Shown here: positions 52,601 to 64,000 of the stretch, piece by piece
Layout: each line of letters begins with the position of its first letter
How positions within the stretch are numbered: the first letter of the stretch is position 1
Source: Phoronis australis
Lineage: Eukaryota; Animalia; Phoronida
NCBI GenBank assembly: GCA_002633005.1
Contig: NMRA01000016.1
Coordinates: forward strand, 397,251-461,250
Direction of reading: 5' to 3'
Length of the DNA: 64,000 bases
Made by a program: the position numbers and the translations under genes
The notes under the pieces: model-generated
The model's database searches: none
Told to the model about the DNA's origin: nothing
Seen by the model: the letters and a program-made list of their open reading frames with translations, nothing else

Positions 52601-55600
52601 AGACGTGGTGCTATATGCGAGTACATTTCCGCCGTATTTTCTCAAGAGCACAGGACACTTTAGACGAGTGGGTCAACAGTTGTTCAGTAAGGGACGAGTT
52701 TGCTCAAAGTTAATGGTTCAAACAGGGCATTCTAAAATTAGCATAGTCAGTTTGCCTCATCCAAACTCTGTGTTGCAGATTGCAGTACTGAGAACTTTCT
52801 GCGTCCAGTACTCTGCGTCGAAAGTACGCGGGAAAGTTCAACATGTTTAAAGTTAGTCAATAACTATTTTCTATCATTTTCATTGGTTTTGGATTGCCTA
52901 AAATTGAAACTAGATAAGTTTAGTACGTGTTTTCACAGTCTTTTGTTTTTTTTCAACAAACACGTCTATTTTATAATTGACAAAATAAACTTCTGACCAA
53001 AGTAGGCCGGTCTTACGACCACGATCAATACATATTTCTCACAACGGCCAGAAGGAGGCGAAATGAAATATTGTTGACTTCGACGATCGATCGCCTTAGT
53101 CTGCACTCCGCGTTGTTATAAAAACCTTTAAATCTATTAGCCTGTCAGTTTCGTGACATCAGTGGCATTTTACTGAGTCACACTAATTTGATTGAAAGAG
53201 GTTTTGATACTGAAACCTATTTAGAACCAACTTAGTAGAAGAAGTTTTGATCCAAATGTGATTAAAAAGAGTTTTGATACTTATACCTATTTAGAAGTTT
53301 TGGTTATTATTGAATCTCGACTTCCTTAAAGACGTTGCTTGTCCTTCTTCCGCTACAAATAACAACTTCTAAGTTGGACCAACTACTCTTATGAAACTGT
53401 TCCTTAATCAACTTAAAATGTGGTTTCTAAGCTTGGAAAAGAATTGACATTTCTTTTGTTACCTGGGATAAGATTTTACAAGTTGCCTTGTCACGGAGGG
53501 TCTTTTTACGTGCCCGGCGATCGCGGTCGTAGCAATGACAGAGCTCATTCCAAGCCCAGAAACCATTTCTCATCTGAGTCAGAATTAAGTTGGGACCAGT
53601 TTTATGGCGATAAGTGGTCTGAATCAACATTTGGGTTTCATGGAACTCGGGTTTATAGCCATTCCAAAAGATAGAAAAATGTTAAGTCTTCCTAAATTGT
53701 TTGTTTTGAAAGCTGCCTTAAATAGCGTAGTGTTACTTTTTCAAATATTTGGCAAAAGTTACTCACCGAAGTGAAAAAACACTGCGCATAAATATAAAAC
53801 ATACTCTGATCTTTTTTCTTTCATAAAATATATGCTTTTACTGGTTGACCTAGACTGTTGATATATTAGTTAGAATGATGGTCGCTAAATAAGGTTTGAG
53901 ATAACTTTAACCGTACTATTGATAAACACCTTCAAAACACGGTGATCTTTGACAATTCATCACCCCACGATTGATTATTTAAAGCGCATACAAATACGAC
54001 TTCAGTGGTTTTTGTCATTTAGACCATTTGCCGTTACGAAATTGATCTGAAGACGTTCACAAGCCAAAGCAGGTGTGCATTCTGGTCTTGGAAAGAAACT
54101 GACGGCTCATTGTTGCTTGAAGTTAAAATTTCCAAGTTGACTTGTGACGGTGTGTCATTGTATTAGACGAGCATGGTATGATGAACTTTTATTTCTCATC
54201 AGGACCAAAAATCACGTGTCATCTATGTAAGTTGAGAACAATTCTATAGTGACCTAATTCCTAAAGGTCAGTCTCTGCGACGGAAAGGAAGCAATTTTCT
54301 CTATGCGAAACGTACATTTGCGATCAATTTTGTTCAAACGTAATAGACTATAGTAATTTACTCCCAACAAATTTCTCGGCCTACTTACAGCTCTGATGAC
54401 GAATAGCTTAAAATTAGGGAATTTTTGAGCAATTATGTGATTGGTGCGGAGGCGTTTTGAATTTTTTTGCCGACGCAACACAGATTAATGATTCCGATCC
54501 TTCTTCACAGCGTGCCACTTTGACTGAAGCTCCATTAATTTCATTTTTACATCATTCGTCTACACTAACACACTGTAGTGATATATTATTATTATATATA
54601 TATATATTATTTCTGCACATCAGGGCAGTTTTACATACCTTTACCACATCTTCCATCAAAAGCAAGTATCTTAAATCGTATTAAAATTTTGTAACGAACC
54701 GTGATCCTACTCATTCGATTGCTCGCAAGAGTGCGTCTTGCACATTGCAAGCATTTTTCTTGCCAAGTCACGTGGTTTCGACGAGGATACGTTTTCAAGA
54801 CTGAAACAAACGTTAAAAACCAGAGATCCTCAATAAGTCTCTCAGTTGATTGGATTACTCAAGAAAGCAACAAGTCAGGTAAGATGCATTTGTTTGCAGA
54901 CACGCTGACTTTCTGAGCAGAAGTGATGAAAACAAATCAATTACGTAATTGGTATCCGTGGCCATATTTCGTGCCACATTTATGCAACGCTGTATAGATT
55001 TCATTTTTTGTAATTTTGAGTTTTTTAATCGCTTTTATTTTTGTTGTATTTATTGGTAAATTTATTGATAATGTTACCATATGCATTTTATTTATTCTTT
55101 CATTTTGGAAATGTTTATTTTTGTACCCACATGTAGTCTCATTTATTTTTAATAATGTCAGCTTATCCTAAAAAATAAATAATATTTTTATCATGTAATA
55201 AGATGTTGATTGAAAACATGCCCAGGCGCGAGTGCGCTCGCTTGAGCTGGACGTGAGTGCATGCATGTGCTTGTTTGTGCGCGTGCTTGTTTATAAACCG
55301 TTGTAAGTTGAAAACAACCGCTCAGCTAGGTGCTCCATTGTTCACGATCTGGTCTTCACTTTTCAGTTTCAAACGTAGGAGTTTGAACAAACCAAACTAG
55401 CTCAAAGGCATTACTGTCCACACACACTGCGCGTTCTCTTTTTAAGTCAGTATCCAACAACAGCTTTATAGCATAGTTAACGTCAACATCGTCTACAAAG
55501 ACGTGACACCCATTTACGTGGTCAGAATCTCCACCGCTTAATTAAGACGTTACTTAGGAAAAACGATCTCTGTGTTTGGTTGTTTGGATGTAGTCCTAAG

Positions 55601-58151
55601 CCACAGCTGTGGTCGTGGGACGCATTTGCGGGAAGTACCTACATGATGTGGTTGATGCTTTGATCGCGTTCGTTGCACTTGGTCGTTTCCAAGGATGCTT
55701 GTAGGCAAGGCTTGCACAAACACAAACGTATTTCGATGTCACTATCATTATTAAGACTCCCAACAGTCTTTGCAGTAACAATTAACAAAGAAAAAATGCA
55801 CATTAAGATGAAACTGCAACTAGTATCTTCCATTGTATATGTATATAAGTATTATCTATTTATTTTCAACATTTAAGGCCTTAGCCCACATGTTACATAA
55901 AAATTACAGGATAACACTGAGCAGCTTTTCCTTAAGGGCAGTGGCGTGAAATACAAATTTCATTAGATTATAGTCACCATTGTCGTCATCTAATAGTTGC
56001 GAGTCTACTATCATTGTAATTTCATTTTTCCGTTATCATTATGATTATCATTTCTCTGATATCACTATTAATGTTTTTGACTTGTTATCGTCAGTCTTAC
56101 ACCAGTCCAATTCCGAAGTCATTATGTTGTCGCTGCTACGTTGATGATGCTGAAACAAAAAGTTATAGAATGTTCAGTCATAACTGTGGTCACACGTTGT
56201 ATTTTTTAGGTCCAGGCGATACTCACGGTTTTTTACGGTGGTTGGAAAAGGACATGCGAACTTATTGCTTTCCTAACGCGAGCGCACGAGTAAAAAAATA
56301 AATTCTTATGTCCTCTCTAAGCCACCGTACGATTTAATCAAATTTCAAAATTACTTGTTTTAACACCATTTACTGATTTCCATCATTCCATCTGTGATTA
56401 CTCGACCACCCTGAATACAGTGCATTGTATTTCATCAAAAGTTGACGGGTATATACTCAGGGTCGTACCCAAACGAAATTGGCAGCTAATTTTCGTGGCA
56501 AATTAAGATTTGGTGTCAAGCTAGGAACCAATATACTTGTTCCTAGTGTCAAGTTAAGAACTTTCTCACACACTAAACAGGCAGGCTACCTCTGCTTCTC
56601 TTCCTGAAGCTATGTTTTGGCCGAACCAGTTGGAGACGGTGTCTAGAGACGCCAGCACCTTAAGTGAAAAACCAAACCAAATTAAAAAAATGCATTGGAT
56701 GTCTAATTGCATAAGATGTTTTGCTTTAATAACGAGACAGGTGCCCTAAAAACGGAAATAAGAACGGTGATAATCGACAATAACTGATATTGTTGATTTG
56801 GTGGGACAAAATTAATAATTCAACTTTCTGTGTGGATTTTCAGCACTGAGTCGTAGGATTTTAATGAAAATAAGATTTAAATGGGATTTTTAAGACGAAA
56901 AATTTTATATATAGCTTTTGGTGTCAATAATATCGGAACTAGGGCTTTAGTAACGTTTCCCAATACTCGAATAACATTAAAACAATTAACGACTAATATG
57001 TGGCTTATCCATGGCATAGATTCACTTATTAGGGTCATCTTTTAAAATATTTACATTCACTATGAACAGATTACAACCAGTAGGGAATACATGAGTCCAC
57101 GGTTTCGTTCACCATCTTGAATATTTAATTAGGTAAATCAAACAAACCAATTCACGCGCGTTTTCCATCTAAGTGAACGGGAGAATAAGACCTGTTGAAA
57201 TCGATATTATTCTAAATATATAGAATGGATTCTCAGTATGCCATTCATTCGCAAGGTCAGCTACGTTTTCTCGAATTCCACCCCAGCGTCAGAATGTTTA
57301 AAAGTGTTAGTTAGCCCTTGTTATAAAGAATGCAAGTTTGTGTCAAAACAACCCTCCAACATCCACGCACTGGGGCATAAATTTAGTATCAAGCACTGTT
57401 TTTGCCATTTACATTTTATTTTAAGAGAAATCCACATTTTATTACTGGGTCCTTAGAGGGCGCAATGTAAACATAGGCTTGTTTACTCCACCTAATTCTC
57501 TAACGCGGTATTAAGTAAGCGCTACGCATGCCCAAGTCGAAATCGTCATTAGTCGCGTACGGTAGAGCGCGCGCATAACTAATCTGGAACATACATTATC
57601 AGCAACTGAATAGTGTTGCTTTAAAGAAGCATGGAACGCGAAAGCTCGTCAAAATGATTTTTAATCAATTCCTGACGAAAGTACCATTTCGCATAGTCTA
57701 CTACAGAGTTATTAACTTTACCCTATTAAAAACTTCCAGAAAAAAATAGATAATTAACATACGCGCGAAGAAAAAAATAGTAGTCACCACAGAGTTTCTA
57801 ATCTCCCTTCCACTTAGATAAATGCGCACATGCGCTCAGAGTCATTCAACAAACAGCTGACTGACAAGATGGGTATTAGCGGCAGATTATTGTGGGAGAT
57901 CACACTCCGAATCCGACGTCAACAGCATAGTATGAGGCAAGCCAGTGTAGTCTGCAATTCTCCAAATATAACTCCAAGTGCATTTTAGAATATATTTGAA
58001 AACTATAATACGTTCATAACTAATTTCAAACAATTAGGACTTACACCAATTGCCTCTAATCGGACCAGCTGATGCTTGAACTAGCCATTGTTTTGCTTTC
58101 ATCAAAGGTTAAATGTCACATTCTCCATATAACAGAAATATGCTACGTACC

Positions 58152-58620
58152 AAATGGCCGGTGATCAAATGTGTTGTCCGGACTTCAAAACGCGATGGCC
58201 TCACCAAAAAAAACTAGTTGCCTTGACCCAAAACACGATGGCCTGTGCTATAACCAGTTGGCCGGTGATCAAACACGACGGCCGGACTTCCTCAGAGACT
58301 CCTTTGAAAGTCTCAAAGTATTTAAGTGACATCTAGTGTTTATTTTTCGTACCTGTTTGTTTGGTTTGTTCAAAATCGGCGCTTTGTTCGGCCATTGTGT
58401 TTGAGCACCGGCCAACCCGTTTTAGGTCGGGCCACCCAGTTTTTTGAGTGAGGTCATCAGATTTTGAGGTAGCGGCCAACTCGCTGTTTTGAGGCCCGAC
58501 CACTAGGTTAGAACACCGACCATTTGGTTTTGCAGTCCAGCCGACTGGTTTTGAAGTCCGGGCAAGTAATTTTGAAGTCCGTTCAAGTAGTTTTGAAGTC
58601 CGACCAATTGTTGATCCCCC
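58152..58620. repeat. Foldback-like element: two oppositely oriented arrays of a ~21-bp unit
   Basis: Left arm units such as CCGGACTTCAAAAC, right arm units such as GTTTTGAAGTCCG with a 21-bp period, separated by a short spacer. Confidence 0.7.
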
Positions 58621-59240
58621 TTGTGTCTTGCCATATCAAATAAACAGATGTGCTTTGCCTTGTGGGACGAAGTGACGAAGTTGAAAGATGCTTTTTTGAA
58701 AATATAAACTAAAAAATGCTGTGACATCAGCAGAAATTCAAAACCTTTACGAACAAACTGAACACATTGAATTCTGTTCCAGTGGCAGAAAACCACTCTG
58801 AATAATGCCAATTAGTCTGTTTTTCGCGCTCTAGGCCTCTTTAGCGCCTTTAAAACGTGGCAAGTTGACACTTTCAAATTTTCATCAGTTTTTGTTTGCA
58901 CCGTGGTCAAATTAAATCATGCAACCGGTATTTGTTGCTAGTTAACCGTGTCAAATTTTTTTTACAACAACAAAAGGTGCGCTCTCTAAGACTAGAGTTT
59001 TAATTATTCAACGGCCGTTTTAGTGTAGACACACTAAAAAATCGCTAAATAATATAGGTTTGAGTGAAACCATTTTATTTGTAAATGGCTGCACATACAT
59101 GCAGTTCAGTTCAATCTAGACATAAGGTTGTATTCTAATTAACGTGTGAAATGTCCGAATGGAACACCTTCTGTTTCTAATTGATTCGCGATGTCCCTTC
59201 TTTCCACAGGTTTACCAGGAAGAGAGAAAATCCACAAAAC

Positions 59241-59279
59241 ATGAGGATACGCGTTCTGCTCTACTTATGTTTCCTGACG
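59241..59279 (+). CDS. Probable first coding exon of a second gene, signal-peptide-like (MRIRVLLYLCFLT); exon spans 59210-59279
   Basis: Pyrimidine tract and CAG acceptor at 59209, AACATG start, basic then hydrophobic residues, GTAAGA donor. No downstream exons were identified in the window. Confidence 0.5.
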
Positions 59280-59949
59280 GTAAGACTTCTTGTAATTACC
59301 TCCAAAAATAAACAGTGGTACTTATAGGGAAGAGCAAGGTTTTCGTTTAAAAGCACTAAGTCTATAAAGAAACTCCTACCTTTACACTCACCAATTTAGA
59401 ACAAAGATGAGTTTAGTCAGTCGAAAGTTATCACTGAAATATAAAAATTTCCTAACTTTCAGCCCTCTTTGTTTTTGCTTCAATTTACTATTTTTCAATT
59501 ATTTTTAAAAAGTAGGCAGGATTTCCACGGAAACCTTATTACATATGGCGACAGTTCAATGAATACCCATAATGCACGAGTTTGCTGTCACTCACTACGG
59601 CGGCCATTTTAGATGATGGTGCACCACCAAAAACAAGACCTTTTAAATTCAGTAAAGTTTTAAAATACTTGGAATTGTTTTTGAATAAGCATTGGTACGG
59701 CATCACTCTCGACTGAACTAACTTGAGTTAAAGTCCGTTTTGTGAAGTTTTTAACTGAAATGGATTGGAAAGAGGATCTTTAAAAGCACATTGCATCGTT
59801 TTCGTGCATCCCGTGCATTCAGATCGTGTTCTTTATTCACTCCGGCTCTGAAATTTGGTACAAAAATGTAATAATAGGTTAGCCATTGGACGTGCGGCTA
59901 TTGACTCAAAAGTATTCTTCAGTAGTGGTTCACGCAAACAGATCAGATT

Positions 59950-60293
59950 AACGGCACATATAATGTCAACTTGCGCCTATATGCGTTTTGGCGCAAGCCC
60001 CTAGGTGGTGAACACGAAAACAAAAGCGAGGCATAGTTTTCAATGATGGACGCATGAGCCTTAAAGGAGAATGCCACTCAAAAAAGCAACCTATTTTGTG
60101 TCAATTTAGATCGAGTAGTTCTACNAACGGCACATATAATGTCAACTTGCGCCTATATGCGTTTTGACGCAAGCCCCTAGGTGGTAAACACACAAACAAA
60201 AGCGAGGCATAGTTTTCAATGATGGACGCATGAGCCTTAAAGGAGAATGCCACCCCAAAAAACAACCTGTCAATTTAGATCGAGTAGTTCTAC
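59950..60293. repeat. Short duplicated block across N60125
   Basis: 59950-60124 versus 60126-60293. Confidence 0.85.
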
Positions 60294-61197
60294 TCGATAA
60301 CGGCAGGTTCGGTTGCGCTACCTGACACCTGACAGCAGACGGAGGTGTTGAAGTTATCCAATGACGTAATTGGTTTCACACGCAGTCTGTTCAGCAGTTC
60401 ACAACGCGGTTTAGTGGTGTCAGCTTATCGCTTGAAATCATCGTTTAACACCAAAAAATCATCAAACTTCGATGTAAAACCCTTAAAAATACACCGAGTT
60501 CTTATAAAAACGTGTTTTTTTATTTCGCTGTTATGGATTTACTGGTATTTGGATACACCGTAGCCTACAAAGTTCGGCAGGCCAATTTACCAAGGTCCGT
60601 AGCAGGAGTTTGGGGTCTGTTCGGAGATAAATTCGAAGTATTCTTCCGTGAAATACAGAAAGGAGAACCTAGATCTGGGTTGTTTATACTTGTGATTTTT
60701 TTAGTTCTAAACACACAAAACGCTTGTTTTCCCGGCCAGTGGCTCGGAAACCGATCAGGCCCGTGGCGGCCGCCGGGACTGGCACGAACATACACCAGCT
60801 TGAGTTGGAAACTAAACCTCCAGTCACGAAAAGAATATAATAGTGAGCCAAAGATATATAATGTGCACGTACTTATTTATGTGAATAGCCACGAAACTGA
60901 AAATCTATTTACTTGTCGCGGACCGCGAAGTCGGGTTTCCCTTCCACAGACGAAAAAAGGATATACCCGCTTTCTTCGCAGCTTCATAAGTTCGGACAAG
61001 CGAAAACCGATGCACCGCAACTATAGCGGGATTCACTCTGCAGACGAACCACTGACGTCGCTGCGTCATTCTCACCTTCCTCACAAGTTAAGGCGACACC
61101 CGTCTCGGCAAGGTGAGGTCGACTGTATAAGAGGCGATGTGAATATAGACCGATTAAGACTGTAAAAAAGATTAATAACATCGGGTGGCATTTTCCT
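60241..61197 (-). mobile_element. 957-bp Kolobok-like element with a decayed THAP-like N-terminus
   Basis: TTAA|AGGAGAATGCCACCC ... GGGTGGCATTTTCCT (TIR 14/15); the right flank is TGCA rather than TTAA. The minus strand at ~60945-61020 reads RCIGF/ACPN/TYEAAKKAGISFFRL across two frameshifts. Confidence 0.65.
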
Positions 61198-61934
61198 TGC
61201 ATGCCCGTATGTAAAGCACTTATCACTTTCGGGCTTTTCCCCGAGGCAAAAATTGGGTGTTGACAGATTTTTCTTTTGGGTGTCCACCATGCATAACTAA
61301 ATCAAACTTCAGTTAAAGTCCTCAAACTATTTTATGCAAGTAATAAAGAACGTACGTTCATTGGATACTTAATCAACAAGAGCGATAAATTGATTAATAA
61401 AAAATTTGACTGTATATACAGGCCAAATTTTCACGGATTCTTGTTGATCGGATAAATGGAAATTATATGGCTGGACAAAACGAATATGCGTGGTCTAACA
61501 ACTTAAAAGTTGTTTATGGGAACAGCACGCTCTTGCGGTGGGTGTACCAGGAATTGAAATTGTATCCGACGATTTTTTGTCGTGCTGGTTGATAAAAAAG
61601 TTCCGCTCTAACTGATTTACTTCCTGACTGTGTTTAAAAAACAGATCTTAAAATCTGGAAAGAGAAATTAAAATGATTTGAGCATCATCAGGATGTTTTT
61701 GAACGGGCCCTTTTATTCCTTGGAGGAAAAGTTCGTGCAACGTGAATGTAACTAATATGAACTGTAATGATGGCGCAGTGCTATCCAGCAAATTGAACAG
61801 TAGATGTATCTTATATTTCATAAAGTTCAGAACAACAAAAGAAAACCAACAGCGCCGGGATAAGTGTTTCACGATTAACAGGAGGTTGAACTACATGTAC
61901 AAGTTTACTATTTAAAGTTTTATAATTTTTTATN

Positions 61935-62110
61935 GTATGAAAGTATGTATGTATGTATGTATGTATGTATGTATGAATGTATGTATGTATGTATGTATCT
62001 ATGTATGAATGTATGTATGTATGTATGTATGTATGTATGAAAGTATGTATGTATGTATGAATGTATGTACGTATGTATGTATGTATGCGTGTATGTTTGT
62101 ATGTATGTAT
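61935..62110. repeat. (TATG)n microsatellite
   Basis: Directly visible, starting at the N at 61934. Confidence 0.95.
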
Positions 62111-62771
62111 ACGTTCCATATACACTTACATTTTCTCCATCATTATTTTTCGGATGTCAGATCATTTACAAATTACAAGAACGAAAAAATACAGGTAGGC
62201 CTACAGAGAAACACAACTTTGGCGCCATGACGTATAGGAAATACCATCTACACTTGTTTAGTTCTAGTCGCGTTGATCAATTTGGTTTCACTTAAAATGA
62301 AATTAGAGGAGTTGGTAATTTGTTTCTTTTTTTACTTCCCGCTTAAAGCACTTGGTAACAGATGGAGAAATCTTGCTCTTCCCGTGCCAAAGTTATTGCG
62401 TATAACTGCTAATGAAATCATTGGTGTTGCCAAGTACGAATAGAGGGGGGACTGGGTAGATTGCTATTTTCGAACACAAGTGACTGAGATTAGCCGAAAT
62501 AAATGCTATCTTCCGCGGAATTCAATTTAGTTGAATTCATAATTAGCTTGAATGTTCAAACAACGAATCTTAAATTGAAATTTTTAGGTGCTCTAAAACC
62601 TAGAACTGAATTTTTAAAAAAGTTTTAGTCAATGTTGCTCATTACGTGAAACAATTTCTTGACCTTCAAGAAAGCTTAGTAGAGTTCACACCCTTTAGTC
62701 TGTTTCTCCCGGTAAAGAACCTTTCACGGACTAGTTAATATTACATTGTATCAGAAATTAGTATTCTTTAA

Positions 62772-63731
62772 AGTGTACACAACGTGACTCTAGTACCTCA
62801 AAAAATTTTTTATTATTATATCTTACTAGATTTCAGTGCCTTTAGTGCACAGCTCATAAACAAACACGCAAAAATTGAAAAAATAATAATTATGTACAAC
62901 TTCATGGGTTGAACCCAAGTCGTTTGCCATACTGTTCGGATCAGAGACAAAGTGTGAAGAGAAAGCAAAGTACATTTAGCGTCGAGAAGTTTCGTAGAGG
63001 GATCAAAAGATGTGTTTCCGGAGGCGGCAGCAACAGCAGCCAGGCGGAGAACGTCTTGGTGTTCCGAAGGACACCAAAGTTGCGCAGAAGTGGCATCGCT
63101 TCGTGCGCCGAACGAGAGTGTGGGACGTCATCGTGGACCAAGCGATTCGGTCCGGGGCCACTCTGTGTTCTGCCCACTTTGAGGACTCGTGTTTCGACTC
63201 CACTAGAGCCACAGGAGATGTTACGATGAAGGCCTGGTTCAATAAAGGACACTATTTATCATTCAGAAACATCAGCTCTTAATTCAGGATCGTCTGTTGG
63301 ATGACTGCGTTGACTCGCCTAGACCGAGGCCGCTTCTCTCGCGGGAGGATCCAGTTCGTAAGGCTCAAAGTAGAAAAGTACGCTGCCGGAAGCACATTAA
63401 ACTTATTCTCGCTTTCGTGCAACCCCATTTCCTCATCCTGGCCACCATTCCCGTACGTTTCTTCATAGTATTCGTTCAATACTTGCTCATAATCGTCGTC
63501 GCTTTCAAATTCCCTGCTCTCCGCCATTGTTCAATGCTAGTCACTGATCTCTTGTGTTCAACCCATGACGTCACATGGCGGGAAATGTGAAAATTGGCAA
63601 AATTGAAAGAAAAATCAAAATTTCGAGCTAATTACACAAAATAAACATGGGTTTAGCTAAATTTTACGCCATACATTTAGTTTGTGGTCAGCGGTAATTC
63701 AAAATGTGCAAAAATCCATGGTGTGTACTGT
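62772..63731 (+). mobile_element. 960-bp internally deleted Kolobok-like element
   Basis: TTAA|AGTGTACACAACGTG ... CATGGTGTGTACTGT|TCAA (TIR 11/15). Contains a THAP remnant on + and a convergent acidic ORF start on -. Confidence 0.6.
63005..63282 (+). pseudogene. Frameshifted THAP zinc-finger domain (transposase N-terminus remnant)
   Basis: KRCVSGGGSNSS in one frame joins PKDTKVAQKWHRFVRRTR...LCSAHFEDSCF in another, showing the THAP hallmarks C, P, W and C-x2-H-F. The second Cys is lost. Confidence 0.8.
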
Positions 63732-64000
63732 TCAAGCCGAAATGTATTTTTCCAAATGCTGTAGATGTTCAAGCTAGCTTTGAATACTTGGCAAAACGTC
63801 TGCTGAAGCTATCAGCAAGGAGTGTAGTAGTATAGGAGAGTTCACTTGTGAGTTCGCTGTTACCGCTACTACTAGCGCCGCCAAGTGGTGAACAAGCTAC
63901 GGTCAACCAGGAAGCGCCAAAACAATGGGGACGGACGCATTTTGCAGTGCGATAAATTGCATGAATTCATCCACGAAAACCCCAGACGTGTCATTTTGTA

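Noticed and set aside
60512-61165. 217-aa ORF, the longest in the track
   Set aside because: It has a non-ATG start and no recognisable domain, and it lies inside the TIR-bounded element. It is probably fortuitous or decayed transposon sequence.

Overview
This is eukaryotic (animal) genomic DNA from a draft scaffold with N gaps, AT-rich and repeat-rich, and probably from a highly heterozygous invertebrate (inference). The main feature is a complete + strand Diaphanous-family formin gene (DIAPH/dia). I reconstructed it by hand as 24 coding exons from 2289 to 41934, giving 3501 nt and about 1166 aa with the domain order GBD/DID-DD-coiled coil-FH1-FH2-DAD. All splice phases are consistent only if two introns are spliced by the minor (U12) spliceosome. 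One is a canonical AT-AC intron (38431-38957) and the other has unusual AT-AG ends (24593-25521). The gene also carries an in-frame tandem copy of the 3' half of exon 8 with its own donor site, and two candidate 27-nt symmetric microexons. Several blocks are duplicated across N positions and look like uncollapsed haplotypes; one pair differs by a 469-bp hAT-like MITE with an 8-bp target-site duplication. Downstream of the gene are MITEs, microsatellites, a probable signal-peptide exon of a second gene, and two ~960-bp TTAA-flanked (Kolobok-like) elements with decayed THAP zinc-finger sequence. I found no convincing evidence of a wholly new biological system; the best leads concern splicing and transposons.
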